Positions 26,745 to 37,368 of a DNA stretch of 64,000 nucleotides are shown piece by piece. The stretch's first letter is position 1; each line of letters starts with the position of its first letter. The notes under the pieces are model-generated. The model ran no database searches. It had not been told where the DNA came from and saw only the letters and a list, made by a program, of their open reading frames with translations. The DNA lies in contig NW_005434645.1 in NCBI RefSeq assembly GCF_000315625.1, forward strand, positions 295,925-359,924, written 5' to 3'. The position numbers were made by a program, and so were the translations under genes. This DNA is from Guillardia theta CCMP2712. Taxonomy: Eukaryota > Protista > Cryptophyta.

Positions 26745-27524
26745 TTACAAACGAGAGGTCATCGCATACCCTAGCAACGACAGCAGCAGAGGCATGTACA
26801 GCGACGAAAGGGTCCTGGGCGCTGCTGAATTGCAGTTGGTGTCACTACATGCTGCTTTGGATTTTTCAGAAGCGATGATGGAGTCAAGCTTGGCTGAGTC
26901 GGCGGTGCAGAGGTTTGAAACGTATGACCTCGTCGCGCTGCAGCACTCCACCACTGTGGTGGTGGTCGTTGCGCACTGGGAGTCTGAAGTACAGCCTGTG
27001 GTTATTGATGAATACGCAGAGCACAGGTCCGAGCACTTGGTGGCCTTGGCGGGCTATACAAACATCACCGTCAATGATGCCATCAATCGATTCATACAAA
27101 GATGCATTGCAGCACTCACCACACCGTAGCCAGCACAAATACCAGAGATTAAGATGGCACAAGCAGCATCGGTTGAAGGTATGACGGCCGCGCCAACAAG
27201 AGACAGAGCCAATCCCGCGTCTGCTTCACTTTGCGAGGTACAGCTGCCGTACTGGACGGTTCTCGTTCCGCAGCTTCCTGCACAAACGATCGCAAAGCCT
27301 CATATCAGACGCTGGCCGGGTTAAACGAGCTCAATAGGACCCGAGGCAGGATAGATCCAAACAATGGTAAGAAAGACAACCGGAGAGCAGGACGGAGCAA
27401 GGTATACGAATCAAAGTGAGAAAGAAAGGCTCGCCTCACCTACGGTGACATCGCTCTTCTTGGCAATGTTGCAAGTGACGGCTGATGCTGTCGCGATCGC
27501 CGTCAGGACGAGGAAAGCTCGCAT
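26745..27524 (-). CDS. Cys-rich secreted, putatively GPI-anchored surface protein, paralogue A (3 exons)
   Basis: MRAFLVLTAIATASA signal peptide; two GT-AG introns in the same positions as B and C; exon 2 GSCGTRTVQYGSCTSQSEAD...CAILISGICAGYGV; exon 3 PAKATKCSDLC...CSDTNCNSAAPRTLSSLYMPLLLSLLGYAMTSRL*; AAGGAATAAA block about 100 bp downstream. Confidence 0.85.
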
Positions 27525-28233
27525 CGTCACTGGCATGCTTGGTCGTTCCTCGGCCCCTCCCGGCGCATATTTATTATTACTCCCCTGATACGTTGTAGAT
27601 AGGGGACCAAAGACTGCTCTATAGGCCACTAGGACCGATGAAGTACCCTGGCATCCCTGCGAATCCTTCTACTAGGCTGGTTGCAACCGGTACTCAGGTC
27701 ACCCACCCACCCTAGGAAAAAGAACTGGTCATTGCCAAGTACGGTCTCTACTATAAATGTAAATGGTACTAAATGGTACTAGCCACCTCCGTGTCATCCC
27801 GTAGTAACGCCACTCACAATAGGCCCAAGGCATTATACCTACAGAGGCCAACAGTCGTGTATAATCATGAATATAAGGTTACTGTCAACTTCAAAGGAAC
27901 AAGTAGACTGTATCTATCCGCATCTACCCACCCCCCTTGCAGCCTTTACTAAACTTGGCAAGTTCAGCACGTCCGACGGGTACTGCCGCATAGCAAACTC
28001 TGACAGCTGGACAATTATCATTCTGGCAGAGTACCGGTGTCATTCTAATCGCCAATGAATGAAGATTAGTCAAGCTAGTACTGACATGGTACTATCACTA
28101 AAGAGCCACATCTGTCATTGGTACTGGCATATGAAAGCCACTGATGCACTAATAATAATAAAACTTAAAGTGTGATGGTCGTAAATCTGAAAATCGGGCG
28201 GCTCGGACCTACTCTCATGTCACAGTATCACTC

Positions 28234-28393
28234 TCTTTACTCAAAGTTAAGTTAAAAATCAGTACGAGGATCGGACAATCAGGAGAGTCACGGCGAGGAG
28301 GCTTGACCGTACCCTGTGTCAGGGTCAAGCCTCCTCCGAGTCGTCTCTCCTGATTGTCCTCGTACTGATTTTTAACTTAACTTTGAGTAAAGA
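28234..28393. mobile_element. ~160-bp foldback (MITE-like) palindrome
   Basis: Left arm tctttactcaaagttaagttaaaaatcagtacgagga...caatcaggagag...gaggaggcttgacc pairs with right arm ggtcaagcctcctc...ctctcctgattgtcctcgtactgatttttaacttaactttgagtaaaga. No clear target-site duplication. Confidence 0.65.
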
Positions 28394-28989
28394 AAGTACC
28401 CTGACACTCTCAGTGACTGAGACTCCGGGCCTGATGAGTCAGGCTCCGAGGCTCCGAGTCGCCGCCGGATTCAAAACTCCGACTCCGAAAGCCCGTGACC
28501 CAGTCACGAAGCCAACATGGTTGTAGCGCCGTCTTATGGCCCTCCCATCTTGTGCATAGGAGCTGGGTTGGTTTGCATTGGTCAGAATTCTGCCACTACG
28601 AAGCAGCAGAGCTAAGGCTGTCTCTTCCCTCCTCGTCTTCGTCCTCCTCCTCTCACCACCCGAATGTTTCAAGTTTACGCGACCCAGACATCAGCAGCGA
28701 GGGCTCAACGCACCTCCACTGGATCACACAAAGATAAAAACACATGTTCTAATACTCATGTATGTTGCAGACTGTAAACAATTTCATGAAATATGTGAGT
28801 TTCTGTTCAATTTTCACTGTTCGGCACAACGCCAACATGTTGTTGTTGGAGATAAATTCAGCGATCTGTTGCGTACAAAATCACATAGACAAAGGAAAAA
28901 GTATATTGAGTTGTGTGTAATAATATCCATCTTGATTCAACATCTTAATTGGAAAAATTTTCTAATACAAATGTACAGAATATGATATG

Positions 28990-29890
28990 AGCGAAATTGG
29001 GTTTTTATCTTTCAGACTTCTTAAACACCCAACTGTCGCAGTGGAGGAGGTTTGTTACTTGATTGCAGGCTTCGAACATGAGTATTGCATCCATCAACGG
29101 TCTTCAAGTGTCTCCCACGCTACTTTTTTCTCCCTCGAGTTAAAGACCTCAACATTTCTGGAATGCTCGCTCCGCGCCCTGATTTCCGTGGCTCCCTCCG
29201 TGGCAAAACCGTAGACGGAAACAAGAATCTACACAACCTCTTACCTCCTTGCCTGCTGCAAGATTGCAATGGGTTCTCCAGATTTGCCTGCATGTCTCTG
29301 AGTAATTTTCATGCTTCTCAGTCGAGATAGGCCTCTTCAAAACTTGAAATTGTTCCAGTGCTCATCAACATTTGATATGAGGTACTCCAATCATTTTCTT
29401 TACCTTCTCTTTCATACCTACACTAAACCTTGTAACTCTTGACTTCCATCGTGCACTTTGATGATATTCATTACAATCAAGTCCATTTTCTTTCTCAGAG
29501 CAGCTTCTTTGCACTTAGTTCACCTCGTAAACTGTGAAATTGAAGTTGATGCAGAAAACCACTCCGCATGGAATATGACCATCTCCCATTGTTTTCCGCA
29601 CATGTTAAAGCTGTAAGCAATTGACCTCAGTCTTTAAGCATTTCATGCGTCTCGTCATCACATATGGATGACGAGATCTTGTGCTGTGGGATCGTCAAAT
29701 CATCTGTTCCGGCATCAATCTTGCACTCAGATGTTTCTCTCGTGCTGGTGCATGGCGAGTCATACCATGTCTGTTCACTTTACAAATGAGTCTTTAGGCC
29801 TTTCTCCAACACTCAGCAGTATCATTTTCCCCTGCACGATGATTCTCAAACCTTCTAGATGATGTTTTACCCTGTTTTGAACGAAAAAAA
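28990..29890 (-). pseudogene. AT-rich decayed coding-like sequence
   Basis: Protein-like minus-strand runs broken by many TGA stops (RVKHHLEGLRIIVQGKMILLSVGERPKDSFVK*; NGRWSYSMRSGFLHQLQFHSLRGELSAKKLL*EKENG); unidentified. Confidence 0.3.
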
Positions 29891-30843
29891 ACATCAGAAA
29901 AATATTTCTGAACGACACAATCGACGAACCATTTTTTCACAGTAACCTCCAACGAAATGCTAGAAGAAGTGACTGATTAACACGAATAACATGCGATTAC
30001 GAAGACACTTGGCGTGGAAACAATTTCAGGCGCTACTTGGGTGAAACAGACATGAACCAGCCAGTGCTAACATCCGTCTGATGAGTAGTAGCGCAACGAA
30101 GTAGCTCTCATCAGGTCCCATCAAGTACTCAAAACTCTACTGAAAGCGCTTGTTCTTACCTCATATGCCCCAAGGCCCACCACGGCAAGTCTTGCTGCAC
30201 AGATCTGACCTCCAACACTATGCATAGCTTGCCTAAACTAGTCCCCACCAAGACCCCTGTGTTTGCGCAATCTTTCCGCATGATTCCGGTTGTTTGAGAA
30301 TGTTTGATCGCACATCCCTGTCCTTCTGCACTATCCTGCTCTTCCTGCTCCCTCCTGCTCCTCCCTCCCCTCTTCCCCCAGCCCTCTGCTCCTCCCTCCC
30401 TCCCCAGCACCTCTTTCTTTAGCTCCCTCTACTGTTGTCTGTATGGATGAGACGGTGGAGAAAGATGAGATAGTGGAAGGGAAAGGGAAAGGCCAGAGAA
30501 ATGGGAGGAAAGAGGAGCCAAAGGAGAAGGAGGAGGCAGCTGAGACAGAGAAGCCTGGGGAAAGCGAGAACACTGGGGGCGAAAGAGAGGAGGGAGGATT
30601 GAGGAGCTCCGAGGTAGGAGAGAGGGAGGGAGAAAAGAGAAAGAGAAGGTGAAAAGCATCATCCATTGTCCTTTCATCAATACATGGAAAACTATAGCAG
30701 TGCGGCGCACGCAGCTCACTTTGCTTCCTAACCAATCCCCACTCCTGCCATTGCTCTGAGCGTATGCACTCGGACCCGCCTCACGGTAAAGACATAAGAA
30801 TTTTAGAAGGCAGAGATTGATCATTACCGTGATCCCCTCAGAG

Positions 30844-30885
30844 TTTACTCAAAGTTGAGTTAAAAATCAGTACGAGGACAATCAG
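30844..30885. repeat. 42-bp copy of the foldback arm (inverted relative to 28350-28391)
   Basis: tttactcaaagttgagttaaaaatcagtacgaggacaatcag is the reverse complement of 28350-28391 with one mismatch. Confidence 0.9.
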
Positions 30886-31173
30886 TCTACTAGTGAGTAC
30901 TTGGATGTTTTTTTTTATCTGACTAGGAGGCACCAGCAGACTACTTCCGTGGGAGGGTGGGGTCATGCTTCAGAGTCCTACAGGGGGTGGGTACTCTAGT
31001 ATGAGCCCCCTACTACCGGGTGCTAAGTGTGAACCAGTAGTTTCGAAGTTAACACTGAAGTCCCCTAGGACGCTACGGCTGTGTACGATAGTCTTACTAT
31101 TACCCGGTTACCTAGGGTCAGACTGATTAAAACGGGTCGCCGGGAGGGGCCAAAAGGAACGACCGGCATGGCC

Positions 31174-31854
31174 ATGCGAGCTTTCCTCGTCCTGACGGCG
31201 ATCGCGACAGCATCAGCCGTCACTTGCAACATTGCCAAGCAGGGGGATCTCTCCGTAGGTGAGGCGAGCCTTTCTTCTCTCCGATGTCTCCCTATTGTTC
31301 ATCTTTAAACGCATCTTCGGGCAGGGAACTGCGGAACGAAAACCATCCAGTACGGCAGCTGTACCTCGCAAAGTGAAGCGGACACCGCATTGGTTCTGTT
31401 GCTTTTGAGTGCAGCCTTCATACCTTCAACCGATGCTGCTTGTGCCGCCTTCATCACTGGTATTTGCTCTAGCTACGGCGTGGTGAGTGCTGCAATACAT
31501 CTTTGTATGAATCGATCAATGGCATCATTGACGGTGATGTTTGTATAGCCCGCCAAGGCCACCAAGTGCTCGGACCTGTGCTCTGGATATGCATTTTCCC
31601 AAGGCTGCACTTCAGACTCCCAGTGCGCAACGACGTCCACCACAGTGTTGTCGTGCTGCAGCTCGACGAGGACAGCCATCTCAAACCTCTGCACCGCCGA
31701 CTCAGCCAAGCTTGACTCCATCATCGCTACTGAAAAATCCAGTGGAGCATGTAGTGACACCAACTGCTATTCAGCAGCGCCCAGGACCATTTCGTCGCTG
31801 TACATGCCTCTGCTGCTGTCGTTGCTGGGGTATGCGATGACCTCTCGTTTGTAA
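31174..31854 (+). CDS. Cys-rich secreted, putatively GPI-anchored surface protein, paralogue B (3 exons, 182 aa)
   Basis: Exons 31174-31258, 31325-31482, 31549-31854 splice in phase; signal peptide, 14 Cys, C-terminal small-residue site (YSAA) then hydrophobic tail SSLYMPLLLSLLGYAMTSRL*; AATAAA at 31981. Confidence 0.88.
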
Positions 31855-32929
31855 GGGATCAGTGCCGGGCTCAGTCACAAGGTGACGGTCGTCGTGATGG
31901 CAGTGGAGCCTCAGTGGGGGCGGTGGAGGCTGAAGAAGTAGAGAGAAGGTGAAACCTGAGTAGAGGCACGTAGTTGAAGGAATAAACCGTCACTCAAAGT
32001 CTGATCTACCCACCTGGATGCACCTTTGACGCTACCGGGGAGAAGTGTTAGCCGCCGTCTCGCCTTTGACCGTACGTTGTGGATCCAGTTGGTTGAATGC
32101 AAAGTACAAGTGAAGCCTTCGCACACGGAACTCGTTGCTAGCCCAGCCAGATGGGTACAGTTAAGGTTGATGGGTTGCAGACGTGTACAGCGAATGCTGA
32201 AAGCACCTCGCTGGATCGCACATTCTTAAACTCCCACTTGTGCTATTTTGATGCACATCCCGTACTGATCATGGACACTGTGTCAGGGATATTTTGAGTG
32301 GTACTGGATATCCCTTGCAATGCTTCTTCAATGTCCTGATCCTTGTTCCCCTGATTGTCGTGCATGCCGCTGCTCGTGTTGTTGGAGTAGAGGTTTTTGC
32401 TGCTGCTTCCTTTCTCCTGGTCTCTTGCTGAGACGGATATGTTTGTTTATCCTCTCCGACGTAGCTTGCTCCTGTTTGTCCCCTCCTCTTCAGTAAACCG
32501 AAGAAGATCATTCTCTATCTTCTGCTTCTCCTCGCCCCCTCCACATGGCATGGAAGGCAACAATTGACATGTATACATGGTGAGCGATGGTCCTCATAAG
32601 AATCTACTGATGCACACAACACTCATACACAGCAGCTTTCATCGACTCGACGGGCTCCACATCTGCAACAGAGGGAACCATTACCAACAACCAGTGAGTG
32701 TCAGTTCGATTGTACAGAGACAACTTGAGCTCTATGTTACTCTCAGTTGTATCCTATTGCTCTGATAGCCTTGAAGCTTTACGGGTTCAAGGCTGCAGAC
32801 GTCTACACCGACTGCTCAAGGCCATGGCGCCGTGGTGTGAGGGATGGATGGTGCGATGGCGCGATGGTGTGTGGATGGGATCGGATGGGATTTGGTGTGT
32901 GAGTCCTTTGGATTGTTGTCTTTATCATA

Positions 32930-34030
32930 CACTATCTACTTCTTCGACTTCCCAGCGGCCGGCTCCTTGGGGGGAAGTGCAAACTTGGGCGGTGCTGCTT
33001 TCTTGGGCGGCTGGTACTGCAGCTCTGTTTTTGTGACCTTGCCCGCGTCTCTGTCCTTCTTCGATTCGTTCCTTTCGTTGAGGGTATGTTGTTATCCCTC
33101 GGACTCCGGGCAACCCACCCATGCTCCCATCCACTCCACCGATTGTCCTTGTCGGCAGTGATGAGTGGGTGTCTGCAAGCCTGGTGGCCATGGATGGCTT
33201 GATGGAAGCGATCTCGACGAGAGTCTTGAGGTCGTCGATGGTCTCGATGTCGATCTTTGGTGCGGGCTGTATGATGAAGTTGATCGTGCCTCAAGTGCCC
33301 ACGCAGCAGCTGCATCTCGGCGGAGAAGATCCTCTGGTTCATGCCCGCCTGGGATGTTAAACAATTGAAACACAGAGTTGATCCAATTGCCCTGCATCTG
33401 CGTGATGTCCTCCTCAGGCTTCAGGGCTGCCAGCATCTGGCTGTTGTAGTTCTTTGGAAGGATATGTAGGAGTGGTGGGTGGTTCCCGGAGTTGTCAAGG
33501 AATTCGTTCTCTAATGATAGGAGTTACTTAAGCTATGGTTAACTGAATCTATCTGTGCTGACGAGTTTTTCATCTCGCTGTGTTCCTCCTCGTTGACCCC
33601 CGCGATGAACCTCTCGTGCTCTTCCCTTACGAGGGGGAGGCTCAGCTGGAGGCTCAGCTGGCTGGCGAGAAAGTTTTCCCTTGGCTGATCCATCGGGATC
33701 TTCTTGTCCTTCCTCGAGCAACAACGTGTGCACAGGTGTTGCACGCGTCCGCAAAGGATCTGCGGGTCTTTGCCTCCCTCACAAGTTGCGGTTCTCATGG
33801 ATCAGGCCCGCCATCGGGACCTAACTTTCCTTGACATTCCCCGAGAGGATCTGTATCCAATACCTGAGAACCTTGGACTCCTCGTCGTACTCAAGAGTGA
33901 ATTTCGGTTCAAAGTCCATCTTCTTGGAGGCCTCATCCATGGATGAGCCTATGAAAAAGCCGCTGTTCGCGCTCCTCAGGGCATTGTCCTCGGCCATGGT
34001 GACCTTCTTGTTCGTGTCATCCTGAGTTTT
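32930..34030 (-). pseudogene. Frameshifted intronless ORF remnant, possibly from a mobile or viral element
   Basis: Protein-like blocks in alternating frames: MAEDNALRSANSGFFIGSSMDEASKKMDFEPKFTLEYDEESKVLRYWIQIL; LENEFLDNSGNHPPLLHILPKNYNSQMLAALKPEEDITQMQGNWINSVFQLF; GTINFIIQPAPKIDIETIDDLKTLVEIASIKP; KTELQYQPPKKAAPPKFALPPKEPAAGKSKK*. Confidence 0.5.
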
Positions 34031-34088
34031 TCAGAAAAAGTCAGTTTCGCACACATTTTCGTTCATAAGTTCGTGAAGACTTACATTT

Positions 34089-34756
34089 CCCCGTAACTCT
34101 TCCTTACGTTGCCCCGTAACTCTTCCTTACGTTGCCCTGTAACTCTTCCTTACGTTGCCCCGTAACTCTTCCTTACGTTGCCCCGTAACTCTTCCTTACG
34201 TTGCCCCGTAACTCTTCCTTACGTTGCCCCGTAACTCTTCCTTACGTTGCCCCGTAACTCTTCCTTACGTTGCCCCGTAACTCTTCCTTACGTTGCCCCG
34301 TAACTCTTCCTTACGTTGCCCCGTAACTCTTCCTTACGTTGCCCCGTAACTCTTCCTTACGTTGCCCCGTAACTCTTCCTTACGTTGCCCCGTAACTCTT
34401 CCTTACGTTGCCCCGTAACTCTTCCTTACGTTGCCCCGTAACTCTTCCTTACGTTGCCCCGTAACTCTTCCTTACGTTGCCCCGTAACTCTTCCTTACGT
34501 TGCCCCGTAACTCTTCCTTACGTCTTCCTTACGTTGCCCCGTAACTCTTCCTTACGTTGCCCCGTAACTCTTCCTTACGTTGCCCCGTAACTCTTCCTTA
34601 CGTTGCCCCGTAACTCTTCCTTACGTTGCCCCGTAACTCTTCCTTACGTTGCCCTGTAACTCTTCCTTACGTTGCCCCGTAACTCTTCCTTACGTTGCCC
34701 CGTAACTCTTCCTTACGTTGCCCCGTAACTCTTCCTTACGTTGCCCCGTAACTCTT
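34089..34756. repeat. 23-bp tandem array (ccccgtaactcttccttacgttg), about 29 copies
   Basis: Near-identical units, two with c>t variants and one 11-nt internal duplication near 34520; each unit has the inverted motif CGTAA-N7-TTACG. Confidence 0.97.
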
Positions 34757-36045
34757 TCTTGTGAAGCACGTCTTGGTTGCATTTCTTTGTCCGCTGAATC
34801 AAAATCTCCCAAATGGAAGTCATCGATAGGGTTTTTTCTTGACGGCAACGGTGGGTCGCCTTCCATGTCAATCTGAAAGATTTTCTTGGATTCATCTTAC
34901 AGGACCACCTGTGTATGATGGTAGATCAGATGTAAACCAAATGAAGGGCTAGAAGAGTCCGCACCAGACTGTTAACTCTAAGAGACTCAGCTGTCTCTAA
35001 TGACTGACACATCCTGTCGTCCAATAGCCCCATCGAACGGAAGTGCTTGTCCTTTCAGACCATCTATTGTTACCTCTTCAACCTTGAGCAGCACCGTTCT
35101 CTTACCCACATCGGCCGCTTGAACTTGTCCTCCATGATCTTCATCATTCTCACTATCATTTAGAGAATCACAATCTTGTGCTCACATGGTATTAATCTCA
35201 TATTGATGAGCTCAGCTTCCTTGCTGAGCAAGAGAGTTAGAAGTCCTCCGACACCCTCCTCAGCCTCCAGGCATAGGATTGGGTGCATTCTGTGTCAGCT
35301 AGTAGATCACACTGATCTATACCAGTCAAGACTAAACAGTTTCTAACACAGATTGCATGAATAGTACGCGATGCGCATCAAAATACCACAAGTAGGAGGT
35401 TAAGAATGTACTTCAGGAAAGTATGGAGGTCAGGACACAAAGTTTACTGTCATGCTAACACCGAATCGATGAACTCAAGTCAGGAAAGCTCACTTCCCTG
35501 TTTGCACCATGCAACTCAAGACCTGTCCGCGGATCACTTTCTCTATTCGAGCGATCAACTGTTGAACGTCCATGAATGTGAAAATACCTGGAGTAATTTT
35601 CAGAATGAATCAACTATCTCAAACTTGTCTGTGTTCTCAGTCAATGAACAATTAGAACAAAGGATTAGAGGCGCCTCTAGACACGCTACCCGCAAGCATG
35701 TAGCACAAATTGTGCATCCATGGGGCATTGAGACTTAGTGATGAGTTGATTCCAGTAAAGGCGATGGCGAGTGGTAAATGGCATATATGAACTTCCATTG
35801 GAGCCAGTTGATGTTGCATAGCGCTACATCAGGTTTGAGACTGCTCACTCCACACTTTCAGCACTGTGTGAAAAGGCACTGCAACGTTTCAGTCACCTCA
35901 AAACTTTTGACGGTTTATTCCTTCAACAAGATGCCCCTAGTCATCTTACTTGAAAGCCTTCAGCCTCCTTGCCACCGCCCCCACTGCCAGGCTCCACTGC
36001 CGTCACGACAACCATCGCCTCATTACTGAACCTGGCGCTGATCCC

Positions 36046-36749
36046 TTACAAACGAGAGGTCATCGCATACCCCAGCAACGACAGCAGCAGAGGCATGTAC
36101 AGCGACGAAAGGGTCCTGGGCGCTGCTGAATAGCAGTTGGTGTCACTACATGCTCCACTGGATTTTTCAGAAGCGATGATGGAGTCAAGCTTGGCTGAGT
36201 CGGCGGTGCAGATGTTTGAGATGGTAGACCTCGTCGTGCTGCAGCACTCTACCAGTGTAGTGGTGGTCGTTGCGCACTGGGAGTCTGAAGTACAGCCTGA
36301 GCTAAACTGAAGGGAAGAGCACAGGTCCGAGCACTTGGTGGCCTTGGCGGTCTGTACGAATACCACATTCATTGATGGCTTCAATCGATAGGACACTCAC
36401 CAGGCCGTAGTCAACACACCTAGCAGAGATGAAGGCGGCACAAGCAGCGTCGGTTGAAGGTACGAGGGCCGCACCGAGAGACATCATGGCAATCTGGGTG
36501 TCTGCATCACTTTTCGAGAGACAGCTGCCGTACTGGAGAGTTTTTTTCCCGCAGTTTCCTGCCAGAAGATGAGTCGAAAGAGTGACAGGGAGAAAGACAT
36601 CGGAGAGCCGGACAGTGCAAGGTATACGAATCAACTTGAAGTGAGAAAGAAAGGCTCGCCTCACCTACGGTAACATCGCCCGTCTTGGCAATGTTGCAAG
36701 TGACGGCTGATGCTGTCGCGATCGCCGTCAGGACGAGGAAAGCTCGCAT
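36046..36749 (-). CDS. Cys-rich secreted, putatively GPI-anchored surface protein, paralogue C (3 exons)
   Basis: Same signal peptide and intron positions; exon 2 GNCGKKTLQYGSCLSKSDADTQIAMMSLGAALVPSTDAACAAFISARCVDYGL; exon 3 TAKATKCSDLCSSLQFSSGC...YSAAPRTLSSLYMPLLLSLLGYAMTSRL*; conserved gttgaaggaataaaccgtca downstream. Confidence 0.88.
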
Positions 36750-37368
36750 GGTCATGCTTGGTCGTTCCTCGGCCCCTCCGCCACGTTTATTTAAAACCAA
36801 CCTGCAGCCTTTAGGTAACCGGGTACTATTACAGTACCCACCCCTAACCTCTAACCAGTCAACTTTGCAAGAGATGCCAGCTATATCAGTTCCTAGGACC
36901 AATACCAGAGGCAGATAGGAACTCGTAATACGACCGTGCACCCACCCCTAAAGGACTCCCGGAACCGTGCCATGGCTCCACCCCACCTAGCAACAATATC
37001 CGTATAATAAAAAAATAGTCATTCTAGCCGATATATAACGATATTACCTTGTACTGCTTGCGCTTCTACCTCGACTATTATCTTTTATTTCGCCGTACTA
37101 TCAGGAGCTCTACAGTACTGCTCGTTGTAAAAACTATACTCTGCAATGTTAAAGGGTCTCAATTCGTGATACTAACTTGCGGTCGATTTTTCAGGAACCG
37201 TGGTACTAGTTTTACTCAAATGCATTGAAATCATCTGGCCCAATGACAAAAGTACATTTCCAGAGGTCGAGGTGGTGAACCGTTGCGGGCAAAACGAGTA
37301 CCCTTAATTTGATACAATAAAACAAGGGGTGGGTGGAGACTAGAGTTGGTCAAATTGATCGTTTGAAT

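Noticed and set aside
26689-27129. Plus-strand 146-aa ORF and its counterpart at 31473-31763
   Set aside because: Antisense shadows of exon 3 of the surface-protein paralogues; signal peptide, splice sites and polyA signal support the other strand.
28425-28500. Hammerhead ribozyme (CTGATGA...GAAA); similar core near 30078-30115
   Set aside because: Stem II and III pairing and the cleavage-site geometry cannot be built, and CTGATGA is itself tied up in simple hairpins.
30844-30894. Helitron 3' end (small hairpin then CTAG-T)
   Set aside because: Hairpin is weak and AT-rich, spacing is atypical and no Rep/helicase motifs were found; kept only as an inverted-repeat arm.
34089-34756. CRISPR-like array of palindromic repeats
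   Set aside because: Units are directly adjacent with no unique spacers, no cas genes are present and the context is eukaryotic.
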